A DNA stretch of 33,387 nucleotides, taken from NCBI GenBank assembly GCA_029856155.1, contig JAHQWL010000057.1, positions 1 through 33,387 of the forward strand. Direction: 5' to 3'. The notes under the pieces were generated by a model. It ran no database searches. It worked only from the letters and a program-made list of their open reading frames with translations, and was not told the DNA's origin. This document shows positions 1 through 9,032 of this stretch, piece by piece. The DNA comes from Promethearchaeia archaeon. Its GTDB lineage: Archaea > Asgardarchaeota > Lokiarchaeia > Sigyniarchaeales > SOKP01. Position numbers and translations under genes: made by a program. Within the stretch, counting starts at the first letter, position 1. Every line of letters begins with the position of its first letter.

Positions 1-121
1 TTTGTTTTATTCATATACGACAATAAGTAAATTTTATAACTTTGGGTTAATCGTAATTATCAATATTAACATCAAACAATTTAAAATAATATAAATAAAA
101 ACAAAATAAGTGATATTTGAA

Positions 122-496
122 ATGGTTAATTTTAAAGTAATTGATACTGGCGCTCCTAAAGCTGGACCCTACAATCTTGGGATTAAAGCTGGTAACCTTA
201 TTTTCATATCGGGACAAGTAACTACTCCAGAGACTCGAGATATAAAAGGGCAAACATTAGCTGCTTTAGAAAAAATTAAAAAAGTACTTGAAGCTGCGGG
301 AGCACAGGTTTCCAACTTAGTGAAGGTAACAGTGTTTTTAAAAACTATTACTGATTTCAATGAGATGAATAATGCTTATAAAGAATTTTTTGAGCAAAAT
401 AGTGTATCTGAAAAATTTCCTACAAGAACTACAATTCAGGCAACATGTCCTCTTCCATACGGATTAGTTGAAATTGATGCAATAGCAATATTATAA
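122..496 (+). CDS. ridA: RidA/YjgF/YER057c/UK114 family enamine/imine deaminase
   Basis: APKAGPYN, LIFISGQV, VKVTVFL, MNNAY, FPTRTTI (catalytic Arg), LVEIDAIA. ATG at 122 preferred over GTG at 110. Confidence 0.9.
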   Translation: MVNFKVIDTGAPKAGPYNLGIKAGNLIFISGQVTTPETRDIKGQTLAALEKIKKVLEAAGAQVSNLVKVTVFLKTITDFNEMNNAYKEFFEQNSVSEKFPTRTTIQATCPLPYGLVEIDAIAIL

Positions 497-623
497 TCTA
501 AATTCTTATAATTTTCTTTATAATTTATTTTCTTTATAACTTTATAATTTCATCAGAAAATACTTTATATAGATAATAACATTTTTATTTTTATTAAAAA
601 TTATAAAATAACTCGTGAAAATA

Positions 624-1850
624 ATGGATGATATGGAAAAGGCAATTATAGAAAAAATAGATACTATGAAAGATGAAATAATCCAATTTCTCCAGAATAT
701 GGTTAAGATTCCTTCTGAAGTACCACCGGGGAAGTATAAAGAAATATCTAAATTTGTTGAATCTAAAATGAAGGAATTCAAGATAAATACAAAAGTTAAA
801 AAGAAAAATATTGTTGGAGAAATAGGAAATGAAAATAAGCTATCTCTAATATTTAATGCTCATATTGACACAGTTGCCACATATGATGGTTGGACTAAAG
901 ATCCACATGGAGGAGAGATTGTTGGGAATAAAGTTTATGGCCGTGGAGCAGCTGATGATAAGGCATGTGTTACAGCAGAAATTTTCGCCGCTAAAGCTTT
1001 ATTAGATCTTGGAGTAAATTTAAATGGAAAATTAATAATAACTGCTGTAATAAATGAGGAAATTGGTGGTTTATTAGGTGCTGAATATCTTGTAAAGGAT
1101 GAAGTTATAACTGGAGATGCTTGTATATTAGGTGATGTTTGTTGTGATTATCCAATTGCTTATCTAGGTGGAACAATGCAAATTAGCTTTATTATTAAAG
1201 GAATACGTCGCCATGCTCAAACTTATCCAGATTTACCTCCACCTTATCGCAGTAAATACTCAGCAATTAATGCTATTGGGAAGATGTTAAAAATTATGAA
1301 TTTTTTAATGGAATTACAGGAAGAATTCAAACAAATTGAAACCAAATATCCTTTGCACCCCGATTTTCCATGCAGTATAAGTTCAGTAAATTTTACAATG
1401 ATAAATGGAGGAAAATCTGTTACCACAATTCCAGATAATTGTATTTTACAATGTTTGATTAGCGTTATTCCAGAAATGGATCTGGATAATTTCAAGGAGA
1501 GAATCTTTAATTATGTCGAAACTCTTAAAAAAGAAGACCCCAACTTAAATATTAAAGTTCAAATTGGAGCTTATATGAGACCTCATATAACAGATACAAA
1601 TTCTATTTTTGCACAAGTAGTGAAAGAAGCATTCAATACTGTTTTCGAAGAAGAAAGAGAATTTAAGGCATTTATACCAACTACAGATGCTCAAATATTT
1701 CAAGAAAAAGGTATAGAAACTATTTTAATTGGACCTCTTAGAGGAGAGAATAATCATCATGCTCAAGATGAATTTGTCTATATTGATGATCTCATGAATG
1801 TAACGAAAATCTATGCTTTAACCGCTTTGAATTATCTTAAAAAAGTCTGA
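624..1850 (+). CDS. M20 family metallopeptidase (ArgE/DapE-like deacylase)
   Basis: FNAHIDTV, YGRGAADDK, INEEIGG, HHAQDEFV motifs. Start could be 615 (GTG), 624 or 633. Confidence 0.88.
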   Translation: MDDMEKAIIEKIDTMKDEIIQFLQNMVKIPSEVPPGKYKEISKFVESKMKEFKINTKVKKKNIVGEIGNENKLSLIFNAHIDTVATYDGWTKDPHGGEIVGNKVYGRGAADDKACVTAEIFAAKALLDLGVNLNGKLIITAVINEEIGGLLGAEYLVKDEVITGDACILGDVCCDYPIAYLGGTMQISFIIKGIRRHAQTYPDLPPPYRSKYSAINAIGKMLKIMNFLMELQEEFKQIETKYPLHPDFPCSISSVNFTMINGGKSVTTIPDNCILQCLISVIPEMDLDNFKERIFNYVETLKKEDPNLNIKVQIGAYMRPHITDTNSIFAQVVKEAFNTVFEEEREFKAFIPTTDAQIFQEKGIETILIGPLRGENNHHAQDEFVYIDDLMNVTKIYALTALNYLKKV

Positions 1851-1894
1851 TTCTCTACATATTTGTTCCATATATTTCATTGAAATGATGCTTT

Positions 1895-3061
1895 ATGTGT
1901 GATACTTTAATCGCATTAGGGAATTCAACAGAAGATGGAAGTATAATTTTTGGTAAGAATTCGGATCGCCCATTTAATGAGGTACAATTGATCGTCTATT
2001 CCCCCAAAATGAGCTTTGAAAAAGGAGATACATTAAAGTGCACATACATAGAAATTCCTCAAGTTTCTGAAACCTATGCTGTTTTGCTCAGCCAACCATA
2101 CTGGATGTGGGGTGCAGAAATGGGTACTAATGAGTATGGAGTTGTAATTGGAAATGAAGCAGTGCATACACATGAGCCCCTAAGAAGTACCGGACTCTTA
2201 GGAATGGATTTATTAAGGTTAGGTCTTGAGAGAGGTGAAACTGCAAAAAAAGCAATGGAGATAATCATTGATTTATTAGAAAAACTTGGACAAGGAGGTG
2301 GTTGTGCATTTGACGATCCGAGTTGGATATATCACAATTCGTTTATAATTGCAGATCCCAAAGAAGCTTATGTTTTAGAGACTGCTGATAAATGGTGGAT
2401 CATAGAAAAGATTAAAGATGTGCGATCAATTTCAAATGGTATTACTATTAGAGGTAAGGGAGACTTCAGAAAAAACGGAATAATTCAATATGCTATTGAA
2501 AAACAATATTGCAAAAATGAAGGAGAATTCGATTTTGCTGAAACTTTTTCTGGATCTCCAATTTCTACTATTCCTTCACCCTATTCAAGAGAAGGAAAAT
2601 CTTCAATTTTGTTGAATGAGAATATAGGAAAAATAACTCCTAAATTAATGATGGAATTTCTGAGGGACCATCAAGCAGGAATTTGCATGCATGGCGGTTT
2701 TGAGTCAACTGGTTCTCTAGTCTCCCATTTAAGGAATAAAAATAAATCAATTCACTGGTTTACGGGAACTACTCTTCCATGCATAAGCATCTATAAACCT
2801 TATGCTTTTTCTATAGAAGGTCAAAAGTATTATGACCCTGGACCATATTCAAACATTGATTCTGATTGGTTTTGGGTAAAACATGCTAGATCTAAACCTG
2901 TAAATAGAAAACTTGAACTTAGAAACATTGAAAATTCAATTATCTCAAGAGTAGATGATCTTATAATTCAAGAAGACAAAATTTCTGAAGAAATTTTCCT
3001 TCAAAATGTAAAAATATTAAATTTAGAAGCATGGAATAAATCCTATAAGATGATTAATTAA
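1895..3061 (+). CDS. Peptidase C69 / secernin-like Ntn hydrolase
   Basis: N-terminal MCDT nucleophile, FGKNSDRP, WGAEMGTNEYGVVIGNEAV, LLGMDLLRLGLER, NSFIIADPKEAYVLET. Confidence 0.9.
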   Translation: MCDTLIALGNSTEDGSIIFGKNSDRPFNEVQLIVYSPKMSFEKGDTLKCTYIEIPQVSETYAVLLSQPYWMWGAEMGTNEYGVVIGNEAVHTHEPLRSTGLLGMDLLRLGLERGETAKKAMEIIIDLLEKLGQGGGCAFDDPSWIYHNSFIIADPKEAYVLETADKWWIIEKIKDVRSISNGITIRGKGDFRKNGIIQYAIEKQYCKNEGEFDFAETFSGSPISTIPSPYSREGKSSILLNENIGKITPKLMMEFLRDHQAGICMHGGFESTGSLVSHLRNKNKSIHWFTGTTLPCISIYKPYAFSIEGQKYYDPGPYSNIDSDWFWVKHARSKPVNRKLELRNIENSIISRVDDLIIQEDKISEEIFLQNVKILNLEAWNKSYKMIN

Positions 3062-3067
3062 ATTTAT

Positions 3068-4477
3068 CTACTTACTTTTATTTTTTATTTCTTTAAAGAG
3101 TTCTAACATCTTCCTTTCTATAAAATACCCACATATAGGACTAAAACTAGCAAGTGGTTCATATCCACCTTCTTCAATATAATCCTTAGCAGGAAATAAA
3201 TACGATACCCAATCGTTTGAGTTTTGAAATATGAAAGAATTCTCTTTTCCTGTAGGTGATTTTTCAAGAAATAGATCACCATAATCTTCAAAAAGTTCGC
3301 CTGGAACGGTCATTATACCAATTGATTTTGAAGTTAATTCATATTCGAAATTAATTTTGATAAATTGTATTACAGTTTTTGCATGAATTTTAAATTTTTT
3401 TCGCTTTATAGTAAAAGAAGGAAAATTGGCGTTTTCTAAAATTATTTTTGCAACTTTCAATAAAAGATATTTCTTAAGTGAATAAACTAGTTTGTTCCTA
3501 AACCAAGTTTTAGAGAAATATTTAAAATCTTTCAAAGGGATCCAGAAGGAATTTAAATAGAATTGAAATTCTAAACTAGTATTATAATCCTTTTTAGGAA
3601 TTGACTTTGCTAAATATAATGCCTCTTCAGCAATCATATATCCTATATTTTTTGTGTGATTGTATGTACCCAATTGATCATAAATCAAAGATTTATCGAG
3701 TTCTAATTTTTGATAATTTGTACCACAGGTTGTAATAGGGTTTATGTCCCCTGAAGTACCGTTAAAAAAAATTACACCAACCTTGTTATTGGTGAGTTGG
3801 GTAATTCTTTCTATAACTTTTCCGGGATAATCTGCAGATAATTTATTGTTTTGGAAAGATAATGTTGTTGGATGGCAAGAGTAATTAATAATAAATCCAA
3901 TTAAGCCATTATTGTCTACATTAATGAAAGAAATTACCCCTAAGTCTGGAATTGATTGACGAGTTGGATGTCTTCTATTTATAACAATATCAGGATTAAA
4001 TTTTTTTTTAAACCATGCCAATTTGCATGGTATTAAATTATTAGTTAAAACTTCAACCATTTTGACAATCTGACTTACAAACCATACAATATAATCGTCA
4101 CTTCGATTACGACCGAACATTATCCCTTTCATTACGTTTAACAGACCACCCGGCCAATGAAACTCACCAGTAAGATCAGGTGCAGAATGAGTATGGGTAC
4201 AATGAATTAAAATTTGGTCAGCTTCAAGAGAGGGATGGTTCTCTTTAATTTTTTTCTTAATGTAATTACAGAGTGCTATTGGGATCTTCAATAAATCTAA
4301 CGAGATTAGTAATAGTACATTTTTTTCTTTTTTTTTATTTCTACCTTCAATCAGAACTCCATACGCATATATATCATCTAATATGCCCATACAAGGATGT
4401 TTTCGCGCATAACCCGCCATGGGTCTAACATTATAATCTTTAGGTGAAATTATTTTATTACTAAAAGAAACTCTCAT
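3068..4477 (-). CDS. Neutral/alkaline ceramidase N-terminal-domain family hydrolase
   Basis: MAGY, HCTHTHSAP, INRR, NYSCHPT, SADYPG, GTSGDINP, PGELF motifs. Confidence 0.8.
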   Translation of the reverse strand: MRVSFSNKIISPKDYNVRPMAGYARKHPCMGILDDIYAYGVLIEGRNKKKEKNVLLLISLDLLKIPIALCNYIKKKIKENHPSLEADQILIHCTHTHSAPDLTGEFHWPGGLLNVMKGIMFGRNRSDDYIVWFVSQIVKMVEVLTNNLIPCKLAWFKKKFNPDIVINRRHPTRQSIPDLGVISFINVDNNGLIGFIINYSCHPTTLSFQNNKLSADYPGKVIERITQLTNNKVGVIFFNGTSGDINPITTCGTNYQKLELDKSLIYDQLGTYNHTKNIGYMIAEEALYLAKSIPKKDYNTSLEFQFYLNSFWIPLKDFKYFSKTWFRNKLVYSLKKYLLLKVAKIILENANFPSFTIKRKKFKIHAKTVIQFIKINFEYELTSKSIGIMTVPGELFEDYGDLFLEKSPTGKENSFIFQNSNDWVSYLFPAKDYIEEGGYEPLASFSPICGYFIERKMLELFKEIKNKSK

Positions 4478-4659
4478 TAGTTTATATTTAAAATGAAATA
4501 AAACAAAAAGCTTTTTTTATAAGATGAAATTAAAATCTCAGCATGAAATACCATTTAAAAAAACTTAATAGTTTTGGAGTATTTTTCCTATTAATTTTAT
4601 AAGATTAAAAAGCTTTTTAGTATTCATCTATGTCGTTAAATAAATTAAACCTCTTGGGT

Positions 4660-4923
4660 ATGGAAGGAGTTATTTCAAATTATAGACGTGGGCGTCATAC
4701 TGTGCATCAAAAACACTGTATCTTAGTTTTCCCTAATATTGAAACAAGAAAAGATGCTAATAAGCTAATTGGGAGAACAGTTGTTTGGATTACTCCTACC
4801 GGTAAAGAATTAAAGGGAATTATATCCCGAGCTCATGGTAATAATGGAGCTGTAAGAGCTCATTTTAAGAAAGCAGGAGTTCCAGGCCAAGCGCTTGGTA
4901 AAAAAGTAAAAATTATTAAATAG
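4660..4923 (+). CDS. rpl35ae: 50S ribosomal protein L35Ae (eL33)
   Basis: GVISNYRRGRH, LIGRTVVW, GIISRAHGNNGAVRAHF, PGQALG. ATG 4660 fits typical homolog length; ORF track starts at 4630. Confidence 0.93.
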   Translation: MEGVISNYRRGRHTVHQKHCILVFPNIETRKDANKLIGRTVVWITPTGKELKGIISRAHGNNGAVRAHFKKAGVPGQALGKKVKIIK

Positions 4924-5084
4924 CTTTTTTCGTTCTATACCAATTTTTCTTCCTAGTTTTATCTGGATAATACATGATACACCCATATTATAATCTTTTT
5001 TTATATCTCGGAATTTCTTATTCTTCTGATAAAGCGATTTTAAACGAAATTTTTACTTTATTAGGTTGGGTTTAATTTTTAAAA

Positions 5085-7070
5085 ATGTCGGAACAAGTTT
5101 GTCGTTTTTGCCATAGTTATGTTAAGTTATCGTATTATTGTGAAGAATGCGGCTCTAGTTGTTGTTCTGATTGTCTCCATGAAAAAAAAGTTAATTTTTA
5201 TATTTGTCAAGATTGTAAATCCAAAAATATTCGAATCTTAGAATCTGAAAATAAGAAAGTTTGTCTGGATTGTGGTAAAAATAATATCGTTAAATTCAAT
5301 CAACTTCTAAAATCTTGTCCCAAATGTGATTCACATCAAATTATTAATATTTATGAGAAAAAGGAAGAACTTGAAAAAAGTTTTTTAGAATTGATTAAAA
5401 ATACACGCTCATTTGTTAATCCTTTAAAAGAAATTATTGAAAAGCTGTATATATTTCAATCAAAAATCAGAGAGGTAAGAGATCCTCCAAATAAGTGTTA
5501 TCACTATCCTAAAATGGAATCAGATTTATTAGCACTATTTAAACTATTTCTTTATATACAAAATACTTTACAGGAAAAAATTAGTGTTCATTTTCATCAA
5601 TTAAATCAAAATAAAGAATATTTCTTTGATATCTACACTCAACCTAATTCAAACATAACGATTATTGAAGGAATTTTTGAAAATTTATCTCGAAGTTATA
5701 ATGCAATTGATGAGTTTATAACTTTAAATATACAGACTTTTAGTGATAGTTTTGAGACCTTTGAAAAGAACCTGCAGTTTATCGCCAAAATTAGTTATTA
5801 TTTTAACACATACAAGAAACTAATAAGACTCGCAGAAGGCGAAAAACCTGTATATGCTATTTTTGCAAAATTAACTAATGGATTAAATACTCAGGAAAAG
5901 TATAAGAAAGATAAAGGAATTTTATTTATCACTAATTATGATCTATCATTTATCCATGAGCATGGAGTAGTTAAAAAGAAACAAGAATTAATTTTAAAAG
6001 CTCCTGTTGAAGACTTAACAAGAATAAAGGAAAAAGGTCGAGTTTTCAAAAAACTCTATATTGAATTTGCTTATGGAAAATATGAGTTTACATTACCTCC
6101 AAAAGCTGTTTCTAGAGTAATTGAATACATTCTTTTAGCAAGATCTTTTGACGAAACTACAATCTATGATGAAAAAACCGCAAAGAAACTTCAGCAAATA
6201 AATATTGATTTAAATGACTTAACCAACTTCATTGAAGAAAGTATTAACTCCTTCTTTAGTATAAAATGCCAATATAATAAGAGTTATGAAAATATACACC
6301 TTAATAATAAAGCTTTACCTAACCCTTTTAATGTTTACCCCAACCAAATGAATAATAATGCCTCTCGAGCATCACCTCAATTTAGGTATCCACAAAATAT
6401 GGCTCAACCGTGGCTCAAGGAGCAATATAGACCATATCCGGATAGCTTTAATTTTCCGGGAAATCCACAAAATATTCATCCTTCCTCATTTCAAACCCCT
6501 CAATTTATGCCAAACTATCATCAACCTAACTATGACAAGCATAGATTCTTTTCACAAAATTTATATGAGCAAAATCGTGTTCAAAATTATAATCCGGAAA
6601 GAATAAATTCTGATAATGAATTACTTCACAACTTAAATCCATACATTCAGAACCAAGGAGGCAATATAAACAACCAATATAATGAAGATGATTATTTTCT
6701 AAACAAAGATACTATGTTCCAAGATTATAATAGAAATCATTTATCAGAATTATTTGATTTAGAACATAATCAACCAAATAAATCTTATCGGTATAAACGG
6801 AAATTGTTCAAACTAGATAAGGAAAAAAATGAAAAGATGACTGAACTAAACAAAGAGAGATATAGTTTGAAAGAAACTCTAAAAAAATTGGATGCTAAAT
6901 TCGATCAAGGATTGATCTCTGAAACGGATTATTTTAAAACCTTTAAGAATTTACAAAAAGAAATTTATTTAATTGAAAAAAAAATACAAAATCTTCAAGA
7001 AAATATTGAAGAAGTCGAAGAACTCAAAAGAAGTAGTAGAAGTTTTGATAATAAACGATTTTATACATAA
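5085..7070 (+). CDS. Multidomain protein: N-terminal multi-CxxC Zn fingers, helical region, PH/GRAM-like domain, N/Q/P-rich linker, C-terminal Vps23/TSG101 steadiness-box-like segment (putative ESCRT-I-like)
   Basis: Six CxxC pairs in the first ~85 aa; KGILFITNYDLSF beta motif; low-complexity N/Q/P/Y tract; C-terminal SLKETLKKLDAKFDQGLISETDYFKTFKNLQKEIYLI resembles the TSG101 core pattern. Confidence 0.65.
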   Translation: MSEQVCRFCHSYVKLSYYCEECGSSCCSDCLHEKKVNFYICQDCKSKNIRILESENKKVCLDCGKNNIVKFNQLLKSCPKCDSHQIINIYEKKEELEKSFLELIKNTRSFVNPLKEIIEKLYIFQSKIREVRDPPNKCYHYPKMESDLLALFKLFLYIQNTLQEKISVHFHQLNQNKEYFFDIYTQPNSNITIIEGIFENLSRSYNAIDEFITLNIQTFSDSFETFEKNLQFIAKISYYFNTYKKLIRLAEGEKPVYAIFAKLTNGLNTQEKYKKDKGILFITNYDLSFIHEHGVVKKKQELILKAPVEDLTRIKEKGRVFKKLYIEFAYGKYEFTLPPKAVSRVIEYILLARSFDETTIYDEKTAKKLQQINIDLNDLTNFIEESINSFFSIKCQYNKSYENIHLNNKALPNPFNVYPNQMNNNASRASPQFRYPQNMAQPWLKEQYRPYPDSFNFPGNPQNIHPSSFQTPQFMPNYHQPNYDKHRFFSQNLYEQNRVQNYNPERINSDNELLHNLNPYIQNQGGNINNQYNEDDYFLNKDTMFQDYNRNHLSELFDLEHNQPNKSYRYKRKLFKLDKEKNEKMTELNKERYSLKETLKKLDAKFDQGLISETDYFKTFKNLQKEIYLIEKKIQNLQENIEEVEELKRSSRSFDNKRFYT

Positions 7071-7150
7071 AATAATATTTTTTGTTTTTATGCTAAATCT
7101 GCATATTTTATTTATTATAAATTTATATTTTTATCACTATTCTATATCCC

Positions 7151-8170
7151 ATGGATAAAGAGGATGGACTATTTACTACAGTCGTCGGAAGCTGGCCTTT
7201 AAGTGATACCGATGAAAATATGTTAAGAGTTTTCACTGATTTAATTCAAATAGGTATCGATTTTCCATGCTACCCTCAACTCCTATCTATGACACACCAA
7301 TTCTTATCCCCTTTATCAGAAATCACTCCTCAATTAAAAGAAATTGATGAGAAATTTTATTTATATGAGGAATTTGAAGTACCAAAGCAACCGATAGCCC
7401 TAGAATATGGAGAATTTATTACTAATTTTTTTAATGAACATCCAAATCTTAAAGAATCAATTAAAGGTACTAAAGCCTGCATAACTGGACCTTTCACTTT
7501 AACATTTGAAACAATACTGAAAAATGATATCGCTAAGGGTTTAAAACCAATAATTTTCGAAGAACCACGAGCGGTGATGGTTGATTGGATTGTGGATAAG
7601 TTTGCTGAAGTTATAAAGCAAATTGCATCCGCCTATAGTGATATGGGAATAGATATTGTTTCTTGCGATGAACCAATATTAGGATTGTTAGTAGGAAGGA
7701 AAATTTTATTCCATTCAGAAGATTTTATTATTGATACTATTAATAAAGCAATATCAGGAATAAAAGGGTTAACATCGATCCACGTATGTGGAAGGATTAG
7801 TCCCAATTTACGTGATCTTCTTTTAAAAACAAATGTGAAGATTTTGGATCATGAATTCCGTACAAATGAGCAGAATTTTAAGATTTTTGAAAAAAAACAT
7901 TTCCAGGAAACTGATAAATTCTTAGCATTGGGAACGGTAGAATCTAAATTTGTTCCTATTCCCGATAAAAATATTAATGATTATGTGGAAACAGTCGAAT
8001 TTCTTAAAAATTATATTAGAAAAGGAATAGAACAATATGGGAGAGAGAATTTAATAATTAAGCCAGACTGTGGCTTCTATCCATTAAAGGTTTTTGGAGA
8101 AAATGATGGTTATGAAATTGCTTTCAAAAAAGTGAAAAATATGGTTCTTGCCTTAAATGAACTAAAATAG
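7151..8170 (+). CDS. Cobalamin-independent methionine synthase catalytic-domain-only protein (MetE C-terminal / core methionine synthase family)
   Basis: TTVVGSWP, ITGPFTL, DEP, IHVCG (HxC Zn ligands), KPDCGF (third Zn ligand). Lacks the N-terminal folate-binding barrel. Confidence 0.8.
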   Translation: MDKEDGLFTTVVGSWPLSDTDENMLRVFTDLIQIGIDFPCYPQLLSMTHQFLSPLSEITPQLKEIDEKFYLYEEFEVPKQPIALEYGEFITNFFNEHPNLKESIKGTKACITGPFTLTFETILKNDIAKGLKPIIFEEPRAVMVDWIVDKFAEVIKQIASAYSDMGIDIVSCDEPILGLLVGRKILFHSEDFIIDTINKAISGIKGLTSIHVCGRISPNLRDLLLKTNVKILDHEFRTNEQNFKIFEKKHFQETDKFLALGTVESKFVPIPDKNINDYVETVEFLKNYIRKGIEQYGRENLIIKPDCGFYPLKVFGENDGYEIAFKKVKNMVLALNELK

Positions 8171-8230
8171 ATACTACTAGAATAAAAATATATTAAGAAT
8201 AATGAAAAAGTAAATTATTTCTAAAAAAGC

Positions 8231-8881
8231 TTAACCTTGCAGTTCCTTACGAAGTTTATCAATCTCATCTTTTAATTGATCTTTTGATTTAACTCCCGCT
8301 TCTTCTTCTAATTCATCAAACTCAGGTATATATTGTAAATCATCGGAAGGAATTTCAGGCATTGTTCCTCCTTGATCTAGGAGCATTTCTGTCTCAAGTT
8401 TATTTAATTCGTCTGTGACATCAATGGCAAGATCTATCTCTGGATCACCAGCTAAAATTTCTGCTGCTTCCTCGATTTCAGAAACGTATGCTTCAGAATC
8501 CTCTGCTATTTCGGCTACTTTAGTAGGTGAAGCTTTAGTAGCAATATATTCAAGTTCATCCCGAATTCCCCCCATTACATCACCTGTTTGAGAGATGAGC
8601 ATTCCCTCTTCTATTGCTTGAATCTGTCTCTCAATCTTTAATCTTATATTATTAGATCGATCAACTTTCGCTTGATAGGCTTTATATTGTACTAGATAAT
8701 TCTTCGCACGATCCTTTTCCCCTCGCTTTAAAGCGATTTTTGCGTTTTTTCTACTTATTTCAGCGCGTTTAGTGTAATTCTTATTCATCATATTTAGTTT
8801 ATGGATGTGTCCTTTACTTTTTGCAATCAAATCATCTTTTTCTTTACCTTTACGAGGAAAGAGTTTCTTTTTTAGACCCAT
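8231..8881 (-). CDS. Snf7 family ESCRT-III protein (likely Vps20/32/60, CHMP4-7-like)
   Basis: Basic N-terminal helical hairpin (AKIALKRGEKDRAKNYLVQYK), acidic C-terminal half, DVTDELNKLE, MIM2-like MPEIP, terminal helix EIDKLRKEL. Confidence 0.85.
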   Translation of the reverse strand: MGLKKKLFPRKGKEKDDLIAKSKGHIHKLNMMNKNYTKRAEISRKNAKIALKRGEKDRAKNYLVQYKAYQAKVDRSNNIRLKIERQIQAIEEGMLISQTGDVMGGIRDELEYIATKASPTKVAEIAEDSEAYVSEIEEAAEILAGDPEIDLAIDVTDELNKLETEMLLDQGGTMPEIPSDDLQYIPEFDELEEEAGVKSKDQLKDEIDKLRKELQG

Positions 8882-9032
8882 CTTTAGATTACTCCTTTTA
8901 GAGGTTAAAATTAATTATATCTAATTTATGAATTATATGATTTTTCTAACTTAAAAATTTAATATTATTTGCTATAATATAATAAAATAATTCTCATCAA
9001 AAAAGTTTAGTATAGACCAATATTTAAGCACG

